DNA from: an uncultured Elusimicrobium sp.
Lineage (GTDB): Bacteria > Elusimicrobiota > Elusimicrobia > Elusimicrobiales > UBA9959
Direction of reading: 5' to 3'
DNA length: 36,573 nt
NCBI GenBank assembly: GCA_902783485.1
Contig: CACZRG010000011.1
Span: 1-36,573, forward strand
Position numbers and translations under genes: made by a program
Shown here: in pieces, positions 18,995 to 30,763 of the stretch
How positions within the stretch are numbered: position 1 is the stretch's first letter
Layout: each line of letters opens with the position of its first letter
The notes under the pieces: generated by a model
What the model was told of the DNA's origin: nothing
Seen by the model: only the letters and a program-made list of their open reading frames with translations
Database searches by the model: none

Positions 18995-19085
18995 TCTGCA
19001 CAACGTTAATTAATTAACGATGATAAAAAAACACAGACTTACTTATATTTACCTTATATAAATAGTGAATCTATATAATATAAAT

Positions 19086-19117
19086 AGAAAAGGCCGGATA
19101 TTAATCCGGCCTTTTCT
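19086..19117 (-). terminator. Intrinsic terminator of the SPFH gene (bidirectional form)
   Basis: AGAAAAGGCCGGAT-ATTA-ATCCGGCCTTTTCT. Confidence 0.85.
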
Positions 19118-19140
19118 TTATCAGAATAACAATTGTATTG

Positions 19141-19965
19141 TTATTTCTTTTCAAGCTGGATAAAAGGAACTGCACCACCATTATAGTAAGGCAGCTGTCC
19201 ATTCCATTTTTCAATGGCCTTTATCTGTGCTTCAACTTTACGCAGCTCAATAAGGCTTGGAGTTACAGCTTCACGCTGCATTCTCAAAGATTCAGCTTCA
19301 GCCCTAGCCTTAGCAATCTGCTGTTCGGCATCCTTCTTTGCTTTTTCAACCAGCTTTTCAGCCATCTTTGCCTGCTGTTCGGCAACCTGCTTGTCCTCAA
19401 CTGCCTTAAGGAACTGCGCTGAAAAATCAAGATCAACTATTGAAATATCAGTAACTATAATCTGTTTTTCATAAAGAACTTCTTTTACGATTTTATTAAG
19501 TTCCTCTACCAGCATTGAACGGTTCGTTATGATAGCATCCGCAGAGTATTTTGCAACTATGGATTTAAAACGCTCCTGAACCATGGGATCGACAATGCTT
19601 TTTACATAACCCTTGCCAAGATTCCTGTAAACAGATTCTACAGTATCCTGCTGTATGCGGTGATTCACTACAAGATAGGAATTAACTGTCTGAAGGTCTT
19701 TTGAGAAAGCCTGTGTTCTTATATCCGCTCTCTGTATCTGTATTGAGAACCTTACAATGTCCTCAAGCAGAGGAATTTTGAAATGTATTCCCTCACTGTA
19801 GGAACCAACTACGGCACCGAGGCGGGTTTTTACGGCCACCTCACCGGGAACAACAATAAAATAGGAAGACAGAAAGAGAAACAGAGCCGCTACGGCCAGT
19901 ACCATCCACGCCGTAACTTTCGAGGTAAAATTCCTCAGTTCTGCAAGATTATTCATATTTGACAT
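19141..19965 (-). CDS. SPFH/band-7 prohibitin-family membrane protein
   Basis: N-terminal TM; VVPGEVAV..G, EGIHFKIP, SKDLQTV, FLKAVEDKQVAEQ, AIEKWNGQLP; GGAGG SD. Confidence 0.9.
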   Translation of the reverse strand: MSNMNNLAELRNFTSKVTAWMVLAVAALFLFLSSYFIVVPGEVAVKTRLGAVVGSYSEGIHFKIPLLEDIVRFSIQIQRADIRTQAFSKDLQTVNSYLVVNHRIQQDTVESVYRNLGKGYVKSIVDPMVQERFKSIVAKYSADAIITNRSMLVEELNKIVKEVLYEKQIIVTDISIVDLDFSAQFLKAVEDKQVAEQQAKMAEKLVEKAKKDAEQQIAKARAEAESLRMQREAVTPSLIELRKVEAQIKAIEKWNGQLPYYNGGAVPFIQLEKK

Positions 19966-20060
19966 ATTTCCTCCGGAAAGAGCTTATGCTCTTTTTTAAA
20001 ATTATACTTAAATAATGATGGTATGATAAATAAAGTAAAATTATAAATTATGGAGATTTT

Positions 20061-20657
20061 ATGACAGACGAACACCTTAGAACAAAAGCATCCAAAATCA
20101 AAATGCTGCTTATGGACGTTGACGGAGTGCTTACCGACGGAAAAATGTACTTCATTCCCGGACCTGACGGTAAAATGGTGGAATTCAAAGGATTTAATTC
20201 GCTCGACGGCATAGGTTTACGGCTGCTGAATCAGTACGGGATAAAAACCGGGATAATAACAGGACGTATTTCACCAGCAACACTGCAGCGTGCCAAAGGA
20301 CTTGGAATGACACATCTTTATCAGGGTTTTGTTTCAAAACTCAGGCCATTTCAGATAATAGCCGACGAAGAAGGAATAAAAGCAGATGAGATAGCATATA
20401 TTGGTGATGACTGGACAGATATTCCGGCATTGAATGCGGCTGGACTCTCATGCGCTCCTGCTAACGCCCGCACCGAGGTAAAAAACAGCGCTGATTTCAT
20501 AACACCCGACAAGGGGGGGGAGGGAGCAGTCCGCGATGTATGCGAACTGATACTTTACAGCAAGGGATATAAAGAAGAGATAATGAAACAGGTTCAGGAA
20601 GCACGCTGGCCCGCCATAAACAGGAAAGAAATAAAAGTTGTTACGGGAGAAGACTGA
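20061..20657 (+). CDS. kdsC: KDO 8-phosphate phosphatase (HAD, YrbI family)
   Basis: MDVDGVLTDG, FNSLDGIG, IITGR, AYIGDDWTD, GGEGAVRDVCE. Confidence 0.9.
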   Translation: MTDEHLRTKASKIKMLLMDVDGVLTDGKMYFIPGPDGKMVEFKGFNSLDGIGLRLLNQYGIKTGIITGRISPATLQRAKGLGMTHLYQGFVSKLRPFQIIADEEGIKADEIAYIGDDWTDIPALNAAGLSCAPANARTEVKNSADFITPDKGGEGAVRDVCELILYSKGYKEEIMKQVQEARWPAINRKEIKVVTGED

Positions 20658-21340
20658 TGGGAGAATTATTCACATCTTTCGGCGCAGGCGTTCTTTCATT
20701 TTTCTCACCCTGCATTCTTCCCCTGCTTCCGGCCTATCTTTCAATGCTTTCCGGTTTTTCAGCCGCGGAACTCAGGGAAGGGAAGGACACTGTTCCAACG
20801 GCAAAAATATTAATAAGGGCTGCCCTGTTCTGTCTTGGATTCAGCATTATTTTCATAACACTTGGAGCAGCTGCCGCTTCCATAGGCGGAATACTTTCAG
20901 CACATAAGGAAATACTTCTTAAGTTCTTCGGAATTATTACTGTTATTTTCGGTCTGCATGTAAGCGGTATACTCAGACTGAATTTCCTGAACTATGAAAA
21001 AAGAATGAGTATAAGGAATGACAGAAGAGACTCGGCAGGTGCTTTTTTTATGGGCGTTGCTTTCGCACTTGGCTGGTCTCCCTGTATAGGCCCGGTTCTG
21101 GGGGGGATTCTTTCCATAGCACTGGTAAAAGGAACAACATTAAGCGGGGTTCTCATGCTTACATTTTATTCAGCGGGAATAGCTCTTCCCCTTATGATAA
21201 CCGCCCTGTTTACCGCAAATATTTTTTCCATGCTGAAAAAATTCAGAAAACACATGAAATATGTGGAAATGACTGCAGGAATCATTCTTGTAATACTGGG
21301 ATTCCTTCTTTTCTTTGACAGACTGATGTTCATAGACTGA
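20657..21340 (+). CDS. ccdA: CcdA/DsbD-type thiol-disulfide membrane transporter
   Basis: GVLSFFSPCILPLLPAY and WSPCIGPVLG motifs; six TM segments. Confidence 0.9.
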   Translation: MGELFTSFGAGVLSFFSPCILPLLPAYLSMLSGFSAAELREGKDTVPTAKILIRAALFCLGFSIIFITLGAAAASIGGILSAHKEILLKFFGIITVIFGLHVSGILRLNFLNYEKRMSIRNDRRDSAGAFFMGVAFALGWSPCIGPVLGGILSIALVKGTTLSGVLMLTFYSAGIALPLMITALFTANIFSMLKKFRKHMKYVEMTAGIILVILGFLLFFDRLMFID

Positions 21341-21360
21341 AAACTGTTGTGCATACAAAT

Positions 21361-21394
21361 AAAAAGGCCGCGCATTGAAACGCGGCCTTTTTTT
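21361..21394. terminator. Bidirectional terminator between ccdA and gyrA
   Basis: AAAAAGGCCGCG-CATTGAAA-CGCGGCCTTTTT. Confidence 0.85.
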
Positions 21395-21408
21395 ACTTAC
21401 AGCTGGTT

Positions 21409-23997
21409 TTATTCAGGCTGATTTCCGCCTTCCGCGGTACCTTCCGCGGGATTTTGCGGTTTCTGTGGAACCGTACCGCCCTGATTATCCGTTCCGGGCA
21501 GCAGACTGTCTTCCTGTTCGTTTTCACTGCTTTCCTCTTCAGGAACAACAGGAACAACAGACGCAACCTTATCACCCTCATCAAGGCGCAGCAGCCGCAC
21601 ACCCTGTGTATTGCGGCTTATGGTTCTCATATCATTGGTATCCATGCGGATTATCTTGCCTTTTTCGGTCATAACCATGAGTTCATCACCCTTTTCAACA
21701 AGATAAATTCCAACAACCGTTCCGTTTCTCTTGTTGGTCTTAATGGTTATAACACCCATTCCGGCACGCTTCTGCAGACGGTACTCATCAAGGCTTGTAC
21801 ACTTTCCATAACCCTCGCGGCATACAGTAAGCAGTCTCTTCTGTGTATCCGGCTGTATTATCTCCATTCCTGCGACAGTATCCCCGTCACGAAGATCAAC
21901 AGCTTTTACACCCTGTGCATCGCGGCCTACGGCGCGCACCTGGTCCTCACGGAAACGTATGGACATTCCATGTTTCGTACCTATCATGATATCATCATTG
22001 CCATCGGTGCGGGCTACTCCGGCAAGAATATCACCATCCTCAAGAGATATGGCTATTATTCCGCTCCGGCGTATATTGGCGAACCTGGAAATAAGGGTTC
22101 TCTTTATTATTCCGCCACGTGTACACATAACGATATAGGAATTACTTGTCTTTGCCTCCTCAAAGGATTCAATGCTCAGTACAGATGTAATCTTCTCGTC
22201 TTTTATCTGCAGCAGATTCACTATGGCTTTTCCACGTGATGTGCGGGCAGCTTCAGGAATTTCATATCCTTTCAGGGCATAAACCCTTCCACGGCTTGTG
22301 AACATAAGCAGCGTTGAATGTGTTGTTGTAACAAACAGCTTCTCAATGAAATCCTCTTCCTTGAGATCCGAGCCTTTTATTCCTTTTCCGCCACGGCCCT
22401 GCACGCGGTATGTCTCCGAGGGAATACGTTTCACATATCCGCTATGGGACATTGTTATAACAACCTGCTCCTCCGCAATAAGATCCTCAATATTTATATC
22501 ATTGAGATCATCTTCAATGTCGGTGCGGCGCTTGTCTCCATATTTCTGCTTCATTTCGGCAAGTTCATTCTCTATAATCTGAAGAACTTTTGCCGGATTA
22601 TCAAGTATGGAACGAAGCTCTTCAATTAGCTTCATAAGCTCGTCACGCTCTTTTCTTATGTCTCCTGCCTCAAGCTGCGTAAGCTGGTGAAGCCTCATAT
22701 CAAGAATAGCCTTGGCCTGAATCTCGGTGAGAGCGAAGCTGGACATAAGTTTTGTTCTGGCCTCGTTCACATCCTGTGATTTCTTTATAATTTCCACGAC
22801 CGCATCAATATTCTGCAGAGCTATGAGATATCCCTCAAGGATATGGGCCCTGGCAAGAGCCTTACGCAGATCGAATCTGGTACGGTTTATTACTATTTCA
22901 CGACGGTGGCGTATATACTGCTGAAGAACTTCCTTTACGCTTAACACACGCGGACGGCCATCTACAATGGCAAGCATTATCACGCCGAAAGAAACTGACA
23001 TCTGCGTATGTTTGAAAAGCTGGTTGAGTACAACCTGCCCGTTTCCATCGCGCTTTATTTCTATTACAATACGCATACCGTGACGGTCACTTTCATCACG
23101 GAGATCCGAAATATCTGTTATTTTCTTTTCCTTTACCAGATGGGCAATACTCTCTATGAGCAGTGCCTTGTTCACCTGATAGGGTATTTCATGCACAACT
23201 ATTATTTCACGGCCATTTTTAAGTTCCTGAACCTCTGCGCGGGCCTGGATTCTTATTGAACCACGGCCTGTCTCGAAATAATCCCTTATTCCCTGGCGGC
23301 CACGTATTATTCCGCCGGTAGGAAAATCCGGACCTTTCATGTACTGCATAAGTTCCATGGACGAAATATCCGGATTATGCATTACTGCTATTGTGGCATC
23401 ACATACTTCTGCAAGATTGTGTGTGGGAATATTCGTAGCCATTCCAACGGCAATACCTGAGGATCCGTTTACCAGAAGATTGGGCAGTTTGGCAGGAAGT
23501 ACCGAAGGCTCTTCAAGTGTTCCGTCATAGTTGGGTACCATCTTGACTGTTTCTTTTTCAAGATCGTCAAGCATTTCATTGGATATTGTTTCCAGCCGGG
23601 CCTCTGTATAACGCATTGCTGCTGCCGGATCACCGTCCACGGAACCGAAATTTCCCTGTCCCTCCACAAGTGTGTAACGCAGATTGAAAGGCTGGGCAAG
23701 ACGCACAAGAGTGTCATAAATGGAAGCATCCCCATGCGGGTGATATTTACCCATTACATCACCAACAATACGTGCTGATTTCTTTGTGGGCTTGTTATGC
23801 CTTATGCCCATCTCGTTCATGGTGTACAGCACACGGCGGTGTACCGGTTTCAGACCGTCGCGCACATCAGGAAGTGCGCGGCCCACGATAACACTCATCG
23901 AGTAGTCTATATACGAGGATTTCATTTCCTCGTTAATATCACGGTCTATAATATTCGCAAAAAGATCTGCCTGTGGCAGTTTTTCCCTGTTTTCCAT
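21409..23997 (-). CDS. gyrA: DNA gyrase subunit A
   Basis: [22 protein letters not shown], catalytic AAMRYTE, GyrA box QGRGGKG, beta-pinwheel repeats, acidic tail. Confidence 0.98.
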   Translation of the reverse strand: MENREKLPQADLFANIIDRDINEEMKSSYIDYSMSVIVGRALPDVRDGLKPVHRRVLYTMNEMGIRHNKPTKKSARIVGDVMGKYHPHGDASIYDTLVRLAQPFNLRYTLVEGQGNFGSVDGDPAAAMRYTEARLETISNEMLDDLEKETVKMVPNYDGTLEEPSVLPAKLPNLLVNGSSGIAVGMATNIPTHNLAEVCDATIAVMHNPDISSMELMQYMKGPDFPTGGIIRGRQGIRDYFETGRGSIRIQARAEVQELKNGREIIVVHEIPYQVNKALLIESIAHLVKEKKITDISDLRDESDRHGMRIVIEIKRDGNGQVVLNQLFKHTQMSVSFGVIMLAIVDGRPRVLSVKEVLQQYIRHRREIVINRTRFDLRKALARAHILEGYLIALQNIDAVVEIIKKSQDVNEARTKLMSSFALTEIQAKAILDMRLHQLTQLEAGDIRKERDELMKLIEELRSILDNPAKVLQIIENELAEMKQKYGDKRRTDIEDDLNDINIEDLIAEEQVVITMSHSGYVKRIPSETYRVQGRGGKGIKGSDLKEEDFIEKLFVTTTHSTLLMFTSRGRVYALKGYEIPEAARTSRGKAIVNLLQIKDEKITSVLSIESFEEAKTSNSYIVMCTRGGIIKRTLISRFANIRRSGIIAISLEDGDILAGVARTDGNDDIMIGTKHGMSIRFREDQVRAVGRDAQGVKAVDLRDGDTVAGMEIIQPDTQKRLLTVCREGYGKCTSLDEYRLQKRAGMGVITIKTNKRNGTVVGIYLVEKGDELMVMTEKGKIIRMDTNDMRTISRNTQGVRLLRLDEGDKVASVVPVVPEEESSENEQEDSLLPGTDNQGGTVPQKPQNPAEGTAEGGNQPE

Positions 23998-24018
23998 CTG
24001 ATTCTATGCTCCTCAGCC

Positions 24019-26487
<2,469 letters not shown>

Positions 26488-26499
26488 TTACAGCTCCTG

Positions 26500-26907
26500 T
26501 TAAAGTCCTGATTCAAGCTTTATCGCTTTTATCCAGGGTTCACTAAAATTTTTATTAAGATTACGCAGTATTTCAGCGGAACGAAGACTCAGTTCGCTTG
26601 CCGCTACCGAAGACAGAGGTTTTACTATCAGACATGGGCCTTTTTTCATGGAACGTATTCCTATCAGCCTGCAGAACCGGCCAAGGAAACCTATTTCCCG
26701 GTCCCATATCTGATCGAGCAGCATAAGATTATCAATAGGAATGCCACCCATGAAAGAACATATATCATCTGGAGCAGATTCGGAATTATCCCTGTAAAAA
26801 CCTGTTTTTCCGGTGTTGTCTATTTTTTTAACCCGGATCATTCTTTTATAAAGATGCCGGTCCTCCAGAAAATTACAGGTTCCTACAGTCTCTTTCCTAA
26901 AAGCCAT
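26500..26907 (-). CDS. dciA: DciA/DUF721-like helicase loader
   Basis: Lies between dnaN and gyrB; W..EIG, L.V..SSVAASELSL...I...LN, IKAIKL pattern of DUF721. Confidence 0.65.
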   Translation of the reverse strand: MAFRKETVGTCNFLEDRHLYKRMIRVKKIDNTGKTGFYRDNSESAPDDICSFMGGIPIDNLMLLDQIWDREIGFLGRFCRLIGIRSMKKGPCLIVKPLSSVAASELSLRSAEILRNLNKNFSEPWIKAIKLESGL

Positions 26908-26920
26908 AATCAGAACGCAG

Positions 26921-28029
26921 TCAGCGCAGAGGCATTACTATATAAAGCGGTGTTTCGTCAGCCTGTGTTTTGAACAGGGCAGGTGTTGTTGCTGTCTTGA
27001 ACTGGCATACAACCTGTCCCGCAGGAATATTCCTGAGAATATCCATTATGAATGCAGGATTGAAACTTACCTGAAAATCCTCTCCCTCATAGGTAACCGG
27101 AATTTCATCTTCAAAATCCATATTCTGGGATGATGAATTAACAACTGCCACACCTTTGCGGAAAGTATACTGCACCTTGCCCCTGTCACTGGTACAGACC
27201 GAAGCGCTTTTTGTAACGGAAAGAAGTGCACCGGAATCAACCAGTACCTCAACCTCATGAGACTGCGGTATTATCTGTTCATAAGCCGGGTAGGAACCTT
27301 CAGTAAGTCTTGAGAGGAAAGATGTTCTTCCCAGAACGAAACCTATCTGATTGCTGGAAATACTCACCTGCATTACAGCATCTTCCTTAATTTCGGCGCT
27401 CTTTATATATTTGTTTATTTCATTAAGAATTTTTGGAGGAACAATAACGCTGAATTCCTGCCCGCTTTTCACTGATGCTGTTGATTTGACCGCAAGTCTG
27501 CGGCCATCAGTGGCAACCATTGAAAAAATGCCTTCCTTGTATTTCCAGAGCAGGCCGTTAAGGAATTGTCTGCTGTCCTCTGATTCAGTGGATGCTGAAA
27601 AAAGAGTGGCATTAATCATTTCGGAAACCTTCAATGCCGGAACAGGGAAAGAATGTGCCGAATCAATTTCGGGAATGGCCGGATATTCATCTTTTCCTGT
27701 TCCACCTATCTTGACACGTGATTTTCCACTCTGTATGGTTACACGGAAAGCCTCATCTGATGATATTGTAACTTCATCAGACCTGAGATTTGTCATTATC
27801 TCCATGAATTTCTTTATTGGTACTGTAACGCTTCCTGGTTCCACAACTGTCAGAGGTATAAAATGTCTTACAGCCATCTCAAGATCCGTAAAAACTATTC
27901 TTACTCCGTCACTTTCTGTTTCAATCAGAAGATTCTGCAGTATCGGAAGAGTTCCGTTCTTTACATTCATGCCTGACTGAATGGTCTGAATCTCTTTGAC
28001 AAACTTTCCTTAGAAGTAGTAATTTTCAT
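26921..28029 (-). CDS. dnaN: DNA polymerase III beta clamp; 1-nt frame break near the 5' end (intact frame 26921-27970)
   Basis: TLPILQNLL, TDLE, YPAIP, VATDGRRLA, SRLTEGSYPAYEQIIP, FNPAF, VMPLR; natural MKITTSKE start with GAGG SD at 28029 is out of frame with the body. Confidence 0.9.
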
Positions 28030-28144
28030 ATTCATCTTCCTCATTTAATGCATTGTTAAAAACGTTCATATTGTCAATGCAAGAGTAGTAAAATTTTAGA
28101 CAGGTTATTGAATATTGTCAACAAAAATGACAAATTCATGTTTT

Positions 28145-29734
28145 TCAGTTCAGATCCTCCGGGTTATTGACATCTTTTATCTTCTGGATAATCTTGTTCA
28201 GATAGTCCCTGACATAGATGTTTTTTTCCTCATTTTCCATTTTTTCCTTGGCGTGAAGTACAGTAGCATGTGACTTTCTGCCGAAAGCCTCGGATATTTT
28301 CTCAAGAGTCATATTGGTAAGCTTTATCGAAAGATACATTGCAACATGCCGCGGGAGTACAAGAGTATTATCCCTTCTTGAACTTAAAATATCCTTTTCA
28401 TCAACCTTATAATAGTCCGAAACAACCTTTATGATTGTTTTTATGCTTATTGGCTGATCACTTGCCGGAGAGCTGAAGAAAGGCCTCAGAAGTTCCTGTA
28501 CACTGTCTATGGTAGCCCTTGCCCCGGTCTGCATACAGAAATTGTGCACTGTACGTATACATCCTTCAAGTTCACGGCCACCCTTATGAACCTTCTCCGC
28601 TATAAAATTCACAATATCTATTGGAATATCAAATTTTCCCTGCTCAATTTTCTGGTTTAATATTGCTACTCTTGTTTCATAATCTGGCAGTCTTATATCT
28701 GCGACAATACCGGACATAAAGCGTGATGTGAGCCTGTCCCATAGATTAAGTTCCTGTGGGTGCCGGTCTGAAGTTATGACAATTCTTTTTTTTGAATTAA
28801 AGAGGGAATTGAATGTGTAGAAGAATTCCTCTACGCTTTTTTCTTTTGCCAAAAGGAACTGAACATCATCAAGCAGAAGACAGTCAAGCATTCTGTATTT
28901 TTCACGGAAAGCCTCTGCCTTTCTGTTTCCAACATCCCTGATGTATTCATTTACAAAAGTTTCAGCAGAGGAAAGAAGAACTTTTACTTTCGGATTTAAA
29001 CGGTAAAGCCCATGAGCTATGGCATTAAGCAGATGGGTTTTTCCCAGACCTGGCGCGCTGTATATGAAAAGAGGAGACTGATTGTTCGTAACAAGCGCCT
29101 GTGCCGCAGAATAGGCAAATCTGTTAGATGTTCCTGTTATGAAGTTCTCAAATGTATAAGCGGGATCGAACATTGGGTGGAACAGATTTGTGTCAGGAAC
29201 AGCCGGGGCTGCTTTTGCAGCTGCTGATTCCTCAGCCCTTAATCTGTCGATAGAGGGCTGCCATGATGCCGTAAGAATATTTTCCTGCCGGTTTGTCTGC
29301 TGCTGTAAATGCTGTGCCGCCTGCGGCTGCTGTATATTATTGTTATCTGTTCCGGAAAATGTGGCTGAAGACCTGTCTGATATGTTTGCCGGGTCTGCAG
29401 GTATTGATTGTTTTACAGGCTGAACATCATTTGATGAGGTAACTGTGTTTTCCGCTCCGTTTTCATCTTCCGCAATTATGTAAACAGCCGAAATTTCCTC
29501 TTTAATACAGAGTATGTTTTTTAGGAAATCTATGATTTTCCTTTCAAACTTTGTCTGAATTGTATGTCTTATCATGCTGTTTGGAATCCTGAGCGTGAAG
29601 ACATTGTTTTCAAATGAGACAGGTACTACCTGCCTGAGCCAGAGGTTCACTTTTACAGCGCCTACTTCCGGATCCTGCTGCAGAAATTCCAGCATTTCCT
29701 GCCATATATCTTTGAAATCTAAAGAGTTTTCCAC
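28145..29734 (-). CDS. dnaA: Chromosomal replication initiator DnaA (GTG start)
   Basis: Domain I WLRQV, YTFENFITGTSNRFA, PLFIYSAPGLGKTHLL, LLDDVQFL, RLTSRF..G, RELEG, domain IV RHVAMYL..FGRKSHATVLHA. Confidence 0.97.
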   Translation of the reverse strand: MENSLDFKDIWQEMLEFLQQDPEVGAVKVNLWLRQVVPVSFENNVFTLRIPNSMIRHTIQTKFERKIIDFLKNILCIKEEISAVYIIAEDENGAENTVTSSNDVQPVKQSIPADPANISDRSSATFSGTDNNNIQQPQAAQHLQQQTNRQENILTASWQPSIDRLRAEESAAAKAAPAVPDTNLFHPMFDPAYTFENFITGTSNRFAYSAAQALVTNNQSPLFIYSAPGLGKTHLLNAIAHGLYRLNPKVKVLLSSAETFVNEYIRDVGNRKAEAFREKYRMLDCLLLDDVQFLLAKEKSVEEFFYTFNSLFNSKKRIVITSDRHPQELNLWDRLTSRFMSGIVADIRLPDYETRVAILNQKIEQGKFDIPIDIVNFIAEKVHKGGRELEGCIRTVHNFCMQTGARATIDSVQELLRPFFSSPASDQPISIKTIIKVVSDYYKVDEKDILSSRRDNTLVLPRHVAMYLSIKLTNMTLEKISEAFGRKSHATVLHAKEKMENEEKNIYVRDYLNKIIQKIKDVNNPEDLN

Positions 29735-29942
29735 AATGTGTTAATAAAATGTTGATAAAAAAATCTGAAAAAACCAATATTTTTTTATCTGTACCAAAAA
29801 ATCAGTTTCTTTTTGCCGTCTGTTATGAAAATTATTAACTGAATGTTTATAAATTGTCAATAACTTTCTTCGTAAATCAGTAAACATATTACACAGTCAG
29901 CCTTTATATGAATAATATAAATTATAACCTTAATTAGTCAAT
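29727..29942. promoter_or_regulatory. Probable oriC / dnaA promoter region with DnaA-box-like sites
   Basis: TTTTCCACA 29727-35, TGTTAATAA 29739-47, TGTTGATAA 29750-58, TTATTAACT 29832-40, TGTTTATAA 29844-52, TGTCAATAA 29855-63; AT-rich; gene orientation and by-eye G/C bias switch near here. Confidence 0.65.
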
Positions 29943-29971
29943 AAAAAAGACACCTCAACAGTGTCTTTTTT
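29943..29971 (-). terminator. Intrinsic terminator insulating the dnaA promoter from the DUF2064 gene
   Basis: AAAAAAGACAC-CTCAACA-GTGTCTTTTTT. Confidence 0.75.
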
Positions 29972-30010
29972 ATGGCTTTAAACGGCCGTAATAATACCAA
30001 TAAGGGCTGT

Positions 30011-30703
30011 TTACTGCTTTTTTTGAGTATTTTCATTACCGGGGTCAGCAGAGGCCTTTATTTCCGTATTCTTTTTTGAAACAGGTATTTTTTTCCCGGA
30101 GTTCCATTTTTTCAGTGATTCATTATCTTTTACCTGGAAACAGGTTCCTGTTTCAAAAACTGCAAGTTTGGCTTTTTTTAATCTGTCCCGCAGTATTTCA
30201 CCGCTTTTTGAAAAAGTGAAGCCTGGAGCATCAAGAACCTTCAGGTTTGACTGTGTCAGGCCTAAAAGATAAAATGAACCGTCATCATTGAGTCCCAGTG
30301 CGGCTGTTCTGTCGTTAATGGCACTGAAGGCTTCGTCAAAGAAAGAAGTCTTTACATCAGGTGTCATTGGATCTATAAGAATGGCTTTTTTTGCGCCTGT
30401 GAAGAAAGCAAGGCGGAAAGTGTTGCGTATGCGATCCTCAAGACTTTTTCCTGTGTATTCCACAAAACCAGGATCATCGGCGTCCAGCCAGGTAAGGTCT
30501 GGTTTTTTTGATGTTTTGTCGTATGATATTATGGGTATGGCGTTGAAATAATGCTTTACCTTTCTGTATGCAAGGGAAATAAGGTCCCTGTAAAGGTTTT
30601 TGGCTTCCTCAAGTCCGAAATTTTCTTTAAGATCCTTTCTTATTTTTGAGTCTTCAACAGGTTCAATAAAAAGGAGAATGCAGTTATCTCTGTTTTTTTC
30701 CAT
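30011..30703 (-). CDS. DUF2064 / GT-A-like transferase homologue (degenerate motifs)
   Basis: L...G.EEAKNLYRDL, TGKSLEDRIRNTF, AILIDPMTP, LGLNDDGSFYLLG resemble DUF2064; the usual DVD motif appears as QVK. Confidence 0.65.
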   Translation of the reverse strand: MEKNRDNCILLFIEPVEDSKIRKDLKENFGLEEAKNLYRDLISLAYRKVKHYFNAIPIISYDKTSKKPDLTWLDADDPGFVEYTGKSLEDRIRNTFRLAFFTGAKKAILIDPMTPDVKTSFFDEAFSAINDRTAALGLNDDGSFYLLGLTQSNLKVLDAPGFTFSKSGEILRDRLKKAKLAVFETGTCFQVKDNESLKKWNSGKKIPVSKKNTEIKASADPGNENTQKKQ

Positions 30704-30763
30704 ACATTAAAATTATATCATTTAAGTTAGAAGCGTTTTTATATTCTGGAACACGGTGAAAAA

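Larger units (their letters stand above)
16932..19140. other. 2.2-kb AT-rich non-coding centromere-like region
   Basis: No credible ORF; hand count of 17701-17880 gives roughly 17% GC; contains five parS-like palindromes. Confidence 0.8.

Noticed and set aside
16932-19140. AT-rich tract as the primary oriC
   Set aside because: Gene orientation and by-eye strand bias switch near 30 kb, and no clear DnaA-trio run was seen; kept only as a possible secondary DnaA site
20513-20520. G8 homopolymer in kdsC (and G7 in ccdA) as phase-variation tracts
   Set aside because: In frame, encoding Gly-Gly in housekeeping genes
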